From: the human T2T-CHM13v2.0 reference genome, Homo sapiens
Direction: 5' to 3' (one strand)
Assembly (NCBI RefSeq): GCF_009914755.1
Contig: NC_060926.1
DNA length: 64,000 nt
Shown: positions 51,901 to 64,000 of the stretch, piece after piece
Layout of the letters: each line of letters starts with the position of its first letter
Numbering within the stretch: position 1 is the first letter of the stretch
Program-made: the position numbers and the translations under genes
Notes under the pieces: generated by a model
What the model saw: only the letters and a program-made list of their open reading frames with translations
The model's database searches: none
What the model was told of the DNA's origin: nothing

Positions 51901-52929
51901 ATCTTTTAGAAGAAAGCACCCTTGCCCTGTCATACCAAGAAGGTGCCCAAGGTGTCCACTGTGTACCTCATGCCATATTGTAAAAAACTGTGTGTCTGCT
52001 CCTGCCATGATCTATAAAAAATTCAGGAGCTGAGGGCAAGGGCTAGGTCATGGTTCTCTTTGCATTAATAACACCAGACCCAGCAGAGTATCTAATATAC
52101 AGTTAAATGTTTACTAAAGTGAACAATCCACAAAATAAATCACCAAAATAAATATGTAGATACATAGCATCTCCCACTTCGTGCTGATCTTAGTTTTGTT
52201 ATTCATTCCATTGCCTCTATAAGCATTAAGTAAAGAAAGTAGCTACCTCAGGTGAATTAAGCACCAAATGTTACATTAGGCCTAGTTCACAAAAATCACA
52301 ATTACTGTTTGATCACTTAGATATATCCTACATGGGATGATAGCATAGATATTCCACATGCCTCTGCTCTCACTATTAAAAGAAAAATGCCCTGCTTTTT
52401 ATCTGAAATCCAAAACATCCAATTTAGTTGAAAGGACTGTTTTGTTTGTTTTTCCCTCTGTTGCACCGTATGGGAAAGAGACACTTCACAAGAAAATAAG
52501 GTCGTATTACATAGTGAATTGATGTTGTTTTCCTAAGAGTAAATCCCTAACTTTGAAGTGGTTCACTGGTGCAATACCAGTCTGTTAGCCAAAATCTTCT
52601 ACAACCCATATAGGATTCAAAAAAGAATTTATTTGAAATTATGACCTCAATAAAAGAAAGCCCCATTATCTTGACCCTAGTAGAATGCTTGTCCAGGAAA
52701 CTGGAGTAATGCTTTTTTTCTCTCTCTCCACAATTAAAGTTAAAATTGAGCAGAGTTCTGTTTAACTAAGTCAGGAAGAAAACTGAACTCACTGGAACTT
52801 CTCATTCACAAGTACTGAGGGAGACTATGTCAACTACAGGTATCACATGAGCATAAAGAGTTTATTAGAGAAGACCTTTATTGAGAGACGCAGAAATAGC
52901 TTCTGAATCATTAAAGAATGACGAAGTTA

Positions 52930-53565
52930 CTAAGCAATCCTTAATGTGTATGTGCACCTAACAACAGTGTCAAAATCCATGAGGCAAAAACTAATAGAAC
53001 AGCAAGGAGAAATAGAGGAATCCACTATTATGGGTAGTGACTTCAATATCCCTCTAGCAGAAGTGGTTAGATCTGGCAGGCAGAAATCAGTAAGGACATA
53101 GTTGAGCTCTGGCAACAGCAGAATACACATTCTTCTTAAGCTCCTGTGGAACATTCACCAAGAGAGACCACGTTCTGGGCCATAAAATATACCTTAACAC
53201 ATTTAAAGAAATAGAAATCATACAATGCATGCTCTCAGACCACGATGGAAATAAACTAGAAATCAATAACAGAAAGAGAGCTGAAAAATCCCCCAGTACT
53301 GGAGAAGAAACAACACACTTCTAAACAACACATGGGTCAAAAAGGAAACTCAAGAGCAGTTAAAAATATTTTGAACTAAATGAAAAGAAAAATACAACTT
53401 ATCAAAATGTGTGGGATGCAGCAAAAGCAGTGCTTAGAGGAAGATTTATAGCACTTACTGAATATATTACAAAGAAGAGATATCTAAAATCAATACGCTA
53501 AGCTTCCACTTTAGGAAACTAGAAAGAGAAGAGCCAATTAAGTGCAAAGTAAACAGAAGAAAGAT
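52930..53565 (+). mobile_element. Old L1M ORF2 endonuclease-region fragment
   Basis: aatgtgtatgtgcacctaac, gacttcaat, ctcagaccacgatggaataaactagaa (decayed SDH motif region), tgggatgcagcaaaagcagtgcttagagg; contains stops and frameshifts. Confidence 0.85.
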
Positions 53566-53638
53566 GAAGTGATTCATTTTAGTTACTGTTTTGCTCTGTG
53601 CTGAGTATCTGAAAATTAGTCATCCACATGGGATAGCA

Positions 53639-56024
53639 CAGGCATATTTCATTTGATAGAACTTTGCTTTATTGTGCCTCACAGATACTGTGGTTTTTTG
53701 TTTTGTTTTCTTTTTTCTTTTTCTTTTTCTTTTTTTTTTTTTTTTACAAATTTAAAGTTTGTGGCATCTATCCAACAGCAAGCGCTCACTTCGTGTCTCT
53801 GTGTCACATTTTGGTAATAATCACAATTCATTATTATTATAATATCTGTTATGGTGACAGGTGCTCAGTGATCTTTGATGTTACTATTGTAATTGTTTCG
53901 GGGTGCCATGAACCACACCCGTAGAAGACAGCAAACTTAGCTGATCAATGGAGCAGTCAGAACACACATTTATCAGTCATTTCTCCATCTCTCTCCTTCT
54001 CCTCAGGCCTCCCTATTCCCTGAGACACAATAATATTAAAACTAGGCCAATCAATAAACCTACAATGGCCTCTCAGTTTTGAAGTGAAAGGAAGAGTGGC
54101 ATGTCTCTCACTTTAAATCAAAAGCTAGAAATGATTGCACTTAGTGAAGTCTGCATGTTGTAAGCAGAAATAGGCCAAAAGCTAGGCTTCTTGCTCCAAA
54201 CAATTAGCTAACTTGTGAATGCGAAGGGAAAGTTCTTGGAGAAAATTAAAAGTGCTACTCCAGTGAATACACAAATGATAAGAGAGCAAAATAGCCTTAT
54301 GGTTGTTATGGAGAAAGTTTCAGTGGTCTGGAAAGAAGATCAAACCAGCTAAAACTTGCCCTTAAACCAAAGCCTAATCCAGAGTAAGCCCCTAGTTCTT
54401 TGATTCTGAGAGAGGTGAAGAAGCTGCAGAAGAAAGTTGGAAGCTAGCAGAGGCTGGTTCAAGAGGTTTAAGGAAAGATGCCCTCTCCATAACATGACAG
54501 TGCACAGCGAAGCAGCAAGTGCTGACGTAGGAGCTGCAGCAAGTTATCCAGAAGATCTAGCTAAGACCATTGATGAAGGTGGCTACTCTGCACAATAAAT
54601 TTTCAGTGCAGATGAAACAGCCTTCAATTAGAAGATGATGCCATCTAGGATGTTTGTAGCTATGGAGAAGTCAATGCCTGGCTTAAAAGCTTCAAAAGAC
54701 AGGCTGATTCTCTTGTTAGGGGCTAATGCAGCTGGTGACTTTAGGTTGAAGCCAATGTTCATTTACCATTCAAGATTCCAAAGTCCTTATGCTATATCTA
54801 CTCTGCCTGTCCTCTACAAATGGAACAGCAAAGCCTGATTACAGCATATCTGTTTACAGTATGGTTTATGGAATATTTTAAGCCCACTGTTGAGATCTAC
54901 TGCTCAGAAAAAAAAAGCATTTCTTTCAAAATGTTACTATTCATTGACAATGCACCTGGGTCGCCCAAGAGCTCTCATGGAGCTGTGTAAGGAGCTTAAA
55001 GTTGTTTCCATGACTGCTAACACAGCAACCACTATGCGGCCCATGCTCATTAAAGAGCAATTTCAAATTTCAAGTCTTAAGACCTACATTTTATAATGCT
55101 ATTGCTGCCACAGATTTGTGATTCTGCTGATGGGTCTGGGTAAAGTAAATTAAAAATCTTGTGGAAATGATTCACCATTCTAGATGACATTAAGAACATT
55201 TGTAATTCATGGGAATAGGTCAAAATATCAACATTAATAGGAGTTTGGAAGAAGTTGATTCCAACCCTGATGACTGACTTTGAGGGGTTTGAGACTTCAA
55301 TGGAGGAAGCAACTACAGATGTGGTGGGAATAGCAAGAGAACTGGAATTAGAAGTAAAGCCCGAAGATGAGACTGAATTGCTGCAATTTCAATAAAATTT
55401 GAACAGATGTAGAGTTATTTCTTCTGGATGAACAAAGAAAGTGGTTTCCTGAGATGGAATCTACTCCTGGTGAAGATGCTGTGAACATTGTGGAAATGAC
55501 AACACAGGACTTAGAGTATTCCATAAACTTAGTTGGTAAGGCAGTGGTAGGGTTTGAGAGGACTGACTCCAAGTCTGAAAGAAGTTCTGCTATGAGTAAA
55601 ATGCTATCAAACAGAATCACATGCCACAGAGAAATCTTTCATGAAAGGAAGAATCAATTAGCATGGCAAATTTCATCGTTGTCTTATTTTAAGAAATTGC
55701 TCCAGTTACCCTAACCTTCAGCAACCACAACCCTGATCAGTCAGCAGCCAACGACATCAAGGTGAGATCCTTCACCAACAAAGATTATGATTTGCTGAAG
55801 GCTTAGATAATTGTTAGCATTTTAAACAATACAGTATTTTTAATTAAGGTATGTAATTTGTTTAGGCATAATGCTATTGCACACTTAATAGAACACAGTA
55901 TAGTGTAAACATAACTTTTATATGCACCGGGAAACCAAAAAGTTCATGTGACTCACTTTATTGTGATATCTGCTTTATTGTGGTGGCCAGGAGCTGGGCC
56001 TGCTGTATCTCTGAGGTATGCCTA
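53639..56024 (+). mobile_element. Tigger1 DNA transposon, near full length (about 2.39 kb), inactive
   Basis: Both termini present (caggcata... / ...gaggtatgcct) with TA on the right; transposase-like ORF fragments inside. Confidence 0.95.
54064..55714 (+). pseudogene. Disrupted Tigger1 transposase coding region (pogo/DDE family)
   Basis: Pieces [35 protein letters not shown] (54635-54838) and [22 protein letters not shown] (55454-55714); multiple stops and frameshifts. Confidence 0.9.
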
Positions 56025-56189
56025 TACTTCTCAAACTTTTCCATCAAAACCCCCGTAAAATGGCAGAGAGAGGGAACTCATACCTATCCCTCTAGTCTGG
56101 GAACACAGCCTGAAGCAATCCAATGGAAGAAAAAAAAAATCACAATTTACATAAAGCCTTATCTTTTATCCTAAAAATTAACTTTGATA

Positions 56190-56487
56190 TTTTTGTTTGT
56201 TTGTTTGAGGTGGAGTCTCACTCTGTCGCCCAGGCTGGAGTGAAGTGGCACAATCTCAGCACACTGCAACCTCCGCCTCCTAGGTTCAAGCGATTCTCCT
56301 GTCTCAGCTTCTCGAGTAGCTGGGATTACAGGCACCTGCCACTATGCCCAGCTAATTTTTATATTTTTAGTAGAGTTGGGGTTTCAACATGTTGGCCAGG
56401 CTGGTCTTGAACTCCTGACCTCAAGTGATCTGCCCGCCTCGGCCTCCCAAAGTGCTGGGATTACAGGTATGAGACACCACAGCCAGA
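56190..56487 (-). mobile_element. AluS (Sx/Sz-type)
   Basis: Full antisense dimer; TSD aactttgatattt / aaccttgatattt. Confidence 0.95.
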
Positions 56488-57049
56488 CAACCTTGATATT
56501 TCAATCTTGCATCCTATTCATTAACACATCTAAGTTTGTTTTAATATAGAAAACAATGTTATGACTTGCCACTTAAGTTCCTTTTTCATTCTCTAGTTGT
56601 TCCCGTGCCAGGTGTGGTCTGTGGTTTCACATATGCCATGGCATACTCTACACTAGTACTCCCATTTGAGAAGGGGACATGAAAATAGACAGTCTCAGTT
56701 CACCAGAATGTGGAGGATTGCAGGCCTGCCTCATGACCCGGCCCAATTCTTATAAAACACTAAGTTCCAGAAACAATAGGAGAGAGGATAAGCAGGTTCA
56801 CCATGCCTTTCAGTACAGTAAGACCCAGTGCCCACCAGTCTCTGGCCAAGTGAGAGAATGGCCAGAGAACAGAGAGAGAAACGTGGTAAGTAATCCTTCC
56901 CTTCAACATCACCTAGGTAGGAGGGAAGTCAAGGTCTCATTATGAGGGTTAGAAGTGATGGGTATCCACTGGAATACACTTTATCTTCTTGGTCCTGAAT
57001 ATTTTCTGCCTTAATTTTCTAGTGCAATAACACATTCCAACTCATAAGA

Positions 57050-58250
57050 GTGGTTCATTATAGCCATGATCCTTAGATCAATGGAACAGAACAGAAACTC
57101 GACAGACAGACCCAAGTACTCCTAAGAATGTATCAAGTGACAAAGTGAGATTTGAGATCAGTGAGTGGAGAATAAACTATTCAATAAATGATGTTAGAAT
57201 AACTGGATCATTATTTGACAAAAAGGCAAGTTAGATGTTTACCCCACATCTTACACCAAAATCCACACCCAAAGAATTAAAATTTAGATTTGAAGGTAAC
57301 TACATAAATGTATGAGGGGAAATCAGAGATCAAAGAGTCACAGAAAATCATTTCTACCCCAAGACTAAGTATTACACAAAAGTAGAAATCATAAAGGGAT
57401 TATGAACAGATTTTTAGTCCCTAAGGTTAAAAACAAAAAAATTACACTTTTAGTGAACCTAAATACAACTCACATAAATTTAAAAGGCAAGATGACAAAA
57501 TATTTTCAGTGTGTATTTTTAAAAACTGCTTACAAATCAATAATAAAATCACTAACCTACCCAAAACAGGGCCTAAGGATACAAACAGGTAACTCACAAG
57601 AAAATAAATTTAAATACTCAACCATGAAGCAGCATTCAATCTTACTGAAAACCAAAGAAATACAAATTAAAATGAGATACCATTTTGCCAACAGAATTAG
57701 CAAAGTCTAGAGAATGAAAATATTCACAACCATTCACACATAAACAATAGAAGTATAAACGTGCACAGCTTTTCTGTTGTCCAAATATATTAAGAGACAA
57801 AAAAAGTGTGAAACTTTTGACCTAGTGATCAATTTCTCATGATTCATCCATAGAAAATAATTTTAAAATGCTGATAATAACTCAGTGGCAAGAATTTTCA
57901 TTTCAGGTTTGAATATTTAAAAGTTTAAAGCAATCTATATCTCCATCAATAGCGATGGATTAATAAGTGATAAGAGTTGTATAACAGAATATATCCTAGC
58001 CATTAAAAATTAATAGTTTATAGATATATTTATATGTTTGCCACAGAAATATTTTCCCCATATACTGTAAGCGAAAAGCAGATTTTAAAACAGAATCTAG
58101 CAATGTTGTGAAGGGAAAAAAATGACTATACAAATATCTGTATCCTTGCCCAGAAAGAAGGCTGGTAGGACACCTGGCAGTTAAATCTAGTAAGAGGATG
58201 TCTCTGGTGAGTCAATCTGGGGGTGTTTTTACACGCTGTTTGCAGATTCT
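57050..58250 (+). mobile_element. Old L1 (L1ME-type) ORF2 end and 3' UTR
   Basis: agatcaatggaacagaacaga, ttcaataaatgatgttag, aaattaaaatgagataccatttt. Confidence 0.75.
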
Positions 58251-59547
58251 GATTTCTGCTTCATTTTGGGAAAACAATGTGCAGGATTGAACTGAGGCTG
58301 GTGGAAAAGGAGTGTGTCGTGAAGAGCTCACACAGGGAGACGGCAGCAGAGGATGCACGTGTTCTATGAATGAGAAGAGGCCGGCGCTGTGGCCAGCACA
58401 GGGGTGTGCTTGTTTTGAGGGTTTTCTTTGTTGGGGGAGGAGAGTGCTTGATGAGATTCAGAGAGAGTCCAGATCCAGAAGGATTCTCCATCTGTGTGAT
58501 CTATGAGTTTACCTCACATTCCTCAAAACTGCTCAGGCCCCAGGCTTGCTTTCATTCCAGTTCAGGGACCTATGATTCATCCCCTGAAACCCTAATTATA
58601 ACACCCTAGGTCTGCTATGTGCAAAAAACATCTGTCATTGTTGAAATTTGCTGGCAGGGAGTGTGTACAGCACGCAGACCGGCCTGATGATGCGATCCTC
58701 CACTGCAAAACTTAAAACCCAGAAACCATCCCGAGGTGAGAAGGGTTCCAGCCAAAAGTTTCCAACTGCGCTCGGTGACAAATAAGATGGACAGGTTATG
58801 GCCACCATAATTCATTTGGCAATTCCTCAGGGCTGCTGCCATGGCGGAAGTTACAGATCTTAAGCTCTGTCAACCCCCCCAAAAAATATATATCATAAAT
58901 TTGAGTTTTCCTTGTTAGTTGCTAAGAACCGGGAGAGGGAAGGGAGGAAAGTCTGTAATTGCAAACACCTTGTTTATCAGCTTCAGCCACTTTTGTGTGA
59001 CCACATTACCTGAACTATTAGCCAGTTAATCTCCTATGCCTCTTGGAAGTACAGTAATTACAAAGAGAATGCCTCAGACCTGGCAAGAGATGATGAAAAC
59101 GAGTAAAGGTATATCTATCCTCTCAGCGCCTAGGAGAATTGTTTACTGACCTCATTCAAACTCAGACTAAAGCCCCTAAGGAACCCAAGCTGAAGATACG
59201 GTCTCATTGTAAGAATCTAATATTTTAACCTAGAAGTGCTGATTTTAAAAACACAGCAGAAAATAAACAAAATCAACCAACCAACAATAAATTCTCTCAT
59301 ATAAGCATTGGTTGTGCACCTAATGGACACAATGGTAAATTTGGAGGTTTTTAAGGTGTATTTGGAGGTTTTCAAGCTTTTTAAAGTTTAACAAAGCATC
59401 AAGATGCTGCTCAGCAGCCTCAGCTACAAATTACAATGTCATATACTCTCCAAATCAGAAGTGGCATTGCTATAACAACTGTGGTATATGCACGTATGCA
59501 GACAAACTAAGGTTATTTACCTGGTCTTATGGGAACACTGTTACTTA

Positions 59548-59884
<337 letters not shown>

Positions 59885-59951
59885 CTAAATATCATCAAGA
59901 AAAACAAACTTTAAAATATGTCTTATCTTGGGGGCCTTGATACTTACTTTA

Positions 59952-60283
<332 letters not shown>

Positions 60284-60329
60284 CTACATTAACTGGGGCC
60301 ACAGATACAAAAAATGTTTCTTTAATTAA

Positions 60330-61260
60330 AAGGAGTTCATTTATAAATCTATGCTAAAATTTTAGAAATTTGAGTTGAATAGATTGTGAGGAAAATATGT
60401 AATTACCAAAACTGACTCAAAAAGTAGAAAATTTGAACTGACCACTAAAAAGGGACCAGGCCAGAAGCTTCTTAGCAATTTCTTTCAAGCCTTCACAAAA
60501 TTGTTGGTTATCCTGATACTTCAACTAGCAGAACACAAAAAAGATGAGATGCTTTAAAATTTATTTTATAAAGCTGACATAATATTGATATCAAAATCTA
60601 AAAAAGAAAACAAAGCCCCAAATACTTCATAATGGAGCAGATCTAGCAGTTTATACAGAGAATAATACCACATAGCCAAGAAGAGTTTATTTCAAGAATT
60701 TAAAGGTGGCTTTAACATAATTGAGTCAATCAATGTCCTCAAAACATTTGAGGGAAAAAACCCACACATTATTGCCTCCTGCTTTAAAAAACTAACAAAA
60801 CAAAAAATGCCAACTCTTTTAGTAAATTATGATGAGAAACATATTTTAACATCATAAAGAATATATGTGTATATATAATATATAACCAAAAAGTCAGCTT
60901 CATACTTAAGTGTTAAATGCGCAAACATTACCCGTAAAGCCATGAAAAATACAAGGATATCTACTGCCTTTTAAGAAACCATGCTCTTAAAGTCCTGGTC
61001 TATGCTATAAGTAAGAAGAGATTCAAATATTAATAATTTAATATTTAATAAAAGATTAAAATAAGATATTTAATAAGAGATTAAAATATTAAAAGGAAGG
61101 AGGCAAAGTTATTATTATTCTAGCTTAAATGATCATCTACCTAGAAAACCTAAGAGGATCAACTGAAGGACTATTAGAATTAACAAAACTCGTTAAGATA
61201 TAAATATGAAAAAAAAGCTTTTATATACCAGCAATAACCAATTAGAATAGATAGCAGGGG
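60330..61260 (+). mobile_element. Old L1M ORF2 (RT-region) remnant
   Basis: taccaaaactgactcaa, tttatttcaagaat, gatcatctacctagaaaacctaagagg. Confidence 0.65.
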
Positions 61261-61269
61261 GAAATGTCT

Positions 61270-61396
61270 CCCACATTAGAACACAGGTCCACGAGAACTG
61301 GAACTCTGCCTCATTCTTGGCTGAATCCCTAGCATCTAGAAGTGGTCCCAGCACAGAACAGGTGCTTGGTAATTATTTGCAGAATAAATGAGTGAA
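61270..61396 (+). mobile_element. LINE2 3' end
   Basis: gctgaatccctagcatctagaa...attatttgcagaataaatgagtgaa. Confidence 0.7.
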
Positions 61397-61482
61397 CACA
61401 TTCACAATAAGGGCAAAAATACCAAATAATGGAACCAAACTGATATTCCATAAACAGATTCCAATACTTAAGAATTTAGCAT

Positions 61483-61911
61483 ATGAAAATAAACCAGGCA
61501 CAGAAAGATAAACTTCACATGTTCTCACTTATTCATGGCAGCTGAAAATGAAAACAATTGAACTCATGGAGACAGAGTCGAATGATGGTTACCAGAGGCT
61601 AGAAAGGGTAGTGGGTGGTGTGGGAGTGGAGGTGGTTAAAGCGTACAAAAAATAGTTAGAAAGAATAAGATCTAGTATTTGATAGCAGAACAGAGGACTA
61701 TAGTCAATAATAATTTAATTTTATATTTTAAAATAGCTAAAAGAGTATAATTGGATTGTTTGTATCACAAGGGATAAATGCTTGAGGTCACAGATGCTCC
61801 ATTTACCTTGATGTGTTTATTACACATTGCATGCCTATATATAAAAATATCTCAGGTACCCTATAAATATATATACCTACTATGTACCCACAAGAATTAA
61901 AAATTGTAAAA
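61483..61911 (+). mobile_element. L1MA (about MA2-MA3) 3' UTR
   Basis: caggcacagaaagataaacttcacatgttctcact...tatatacctactatgtacccacaa. Confidence 0.88.
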
Positions 61912-61917
61912 ATGTTG

Positions 61918-62032
61918 GAAGGAGACCAAGGAGATGAAGGACACGAAGGAGACGAAGGAGATGAAGAAGACAAAGAAGACGAAGATGAAGACGAAGAAAA
62001 AGAAGAAGAAGAAGAAGAGGAAGAAGAAGAAA
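61918..62032 (+). repeat. Purine-rich degenerate (GAN)n repeat grading into (GAA)n
   Basis: Directly visible after the L1 tail. Confidence 0.9.
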
Positions 62033-62189
62033 GCATATTGTGTCTCATTTTAAACTGCTAGTAGGGCAGAACTGAGATTTGAATCCAGAGTCTGTGAGAG
62101 TCCAAGTCTTGTGCGCTTAGTTCCTATGCCACAGTATGCCCCAGATCTTATAATTTTACAAAGAACCGGTTTTAGTTGTTTTAAAAAAA

Positions 62190-63000
62190 CAGAATTTGTC
62201 ATATGATGAAAATGGAATTTCAAACCACAGGGGGAAGGGTAGATTATTCCATAAATAGCATTTTAGACTACTAACTGGTTAACTGTTTCAAAAAATGAAA
62301 ATGAGTTACATCTCACAACATACCCTAGAAAAATTATAGATAAAATATTTCAACATAATATATGAGATCACTAAAGAATTACAAGAAAAAAAGTAAGAAA
62401 ATATTGGCATATCTTGGAATAAGAAAAGGTTTTCCTAAATATATAAGTAAAGGTAGAACACTAATGGGGAAAGATGCATAGTTTCTGCTACATAAAAATA
62501 AAAACCTTAGGTATGTCAAAATACCATAAACAAAACAGTAAAAGATAAAAAATAAATGGGGGAAAATACTTGCAATGTATGACAGAAAAAGGATTACTAT
62601 TCTTCTCATATAAAGTGTTATTATAAAACTCCAAGAAAAGGATGATCAATCAATAAGAAAAAAATTTTTAAAGGTTAAGATGCAAGTAGCAAAATGACAA
62701 ATGTCCAACAAATTTACTGACTCTAACAAATACTACATATGAAAACTGGGCTGAGATCATTTTTCTCCAATCAACTTGGCAAATGTTAAATCTAACTTAC
62801 AGTGTTATGGAAGATCAAGAAAGTGAGAGAAAAGGCCAATTTCTAGAAATTTATTCTAAATATTACAGGATGTGCCAAACATTTCTGTACAAGAATGCCT
62901 GTTGTATTACTTCTTTGACTTTAGGCACTATAGATTTAATATATGCTTCTTATAAAAAATTAACCAATTCAGAGCAAGACACTGTACTATACATATAGTA
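62190..63000 (+). mobile_element. Old L1ME-type fragment
   Basis: ttattccataaatagcattt, ggggaaaatacttgcaat, aacttggcaaatgttaaa. Confidence 0.6.
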
Positions 63001-63049
63001 CTGGAACCTGCCCTTTTAAATTTAGTGTATTGCAAAAACCCTTCATTAC

Positions 63050-63225
63050 TTTTTTTTATTTTTAATGTCAACTTTTATTTTTAGATTCAGGGGTACATGT
63101 GCAGGTTTGTTACATGGGTATATCGTGTAATTCTGTGATTTGGGGTACAATTCATTGTTACCCAGATAGTAAGAATGGTGCCCAATAGACAGTTTTTCAA
63201 CACTTGCTCCCTCTCTCCATCCCAA
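63050..63225 (-). mobile_element. Old L1PA (about PA15-16) 3' end
   Basis: tagattcaggggtacatgtgcaggtttgttacatgggtatat...cccaatagacagtttttcaac. Confidence 0.85.
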
Positions 63226-63237
63226 TGAAAAACCTTA

Positions 63238-63920
<683 letters not shown>

Positions 63921-64000
63921 ATTATTCATAATAGTGACAAATAGGAAAAATCTATATGGTCAAAGTGCTTCAAAAGTCGTTACAATAAATGTAGTCAAGG

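Noticed and set aside
52461-52574. 7-bp terminal stem ttgcacc/ggtgcaa enclosing about 100 nt, snoRNA-sized
   Set aside because: No properly placed C/D or H/ACA boxes; a 7-bp match is within chance
59340-59376. Direct repeat tttggaggttttYaag x2
   Set aside because: Single small tandem duplication with no further units
61015-61095. AT-rich reiteration (aagagattaaaatattaa-like units)
   Set aside because: Low-complexity slippage inside an old L1; not a regularly spaced array

Overview
Primate (human-like) genomic DNA, intronic or intergenic and dominated by interspersed repeats: about 15 Alu/FLAM copies, L1 fragments of many ages, L2, MIR, MaLR LTRs, hAT and TcMar DNA transposons, including a near full-length Tigger1 fossil at 53639-56024. 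I recognise no host protein-coding exon, tRNA, rRNA or CRISPR array and cannot name the locus. The only ORFs I recognise are transposon-derived (L1 ORF2 C-terminus, Tigger1 transposase pieces, Alu read-through). I found no convincing new biological system. The best leads are: a cluster of + strand splice signals at 5.9-7.5 kb with a candidate recursive splice site; a nested GTTAAC palindrome at 50.33-50.43 kb; a 15-bp-stem hairpin at 40.6 kb; an isolated L1 5' terminus inside an AluJ at 63.4 kb; a local duplication of an L1 3' UTR segment; and a MYC-type G-quadruplex. Repeat subfamily names come from recalled consensus sequences, not an alignment, and boundaries of old repeats are approximate.
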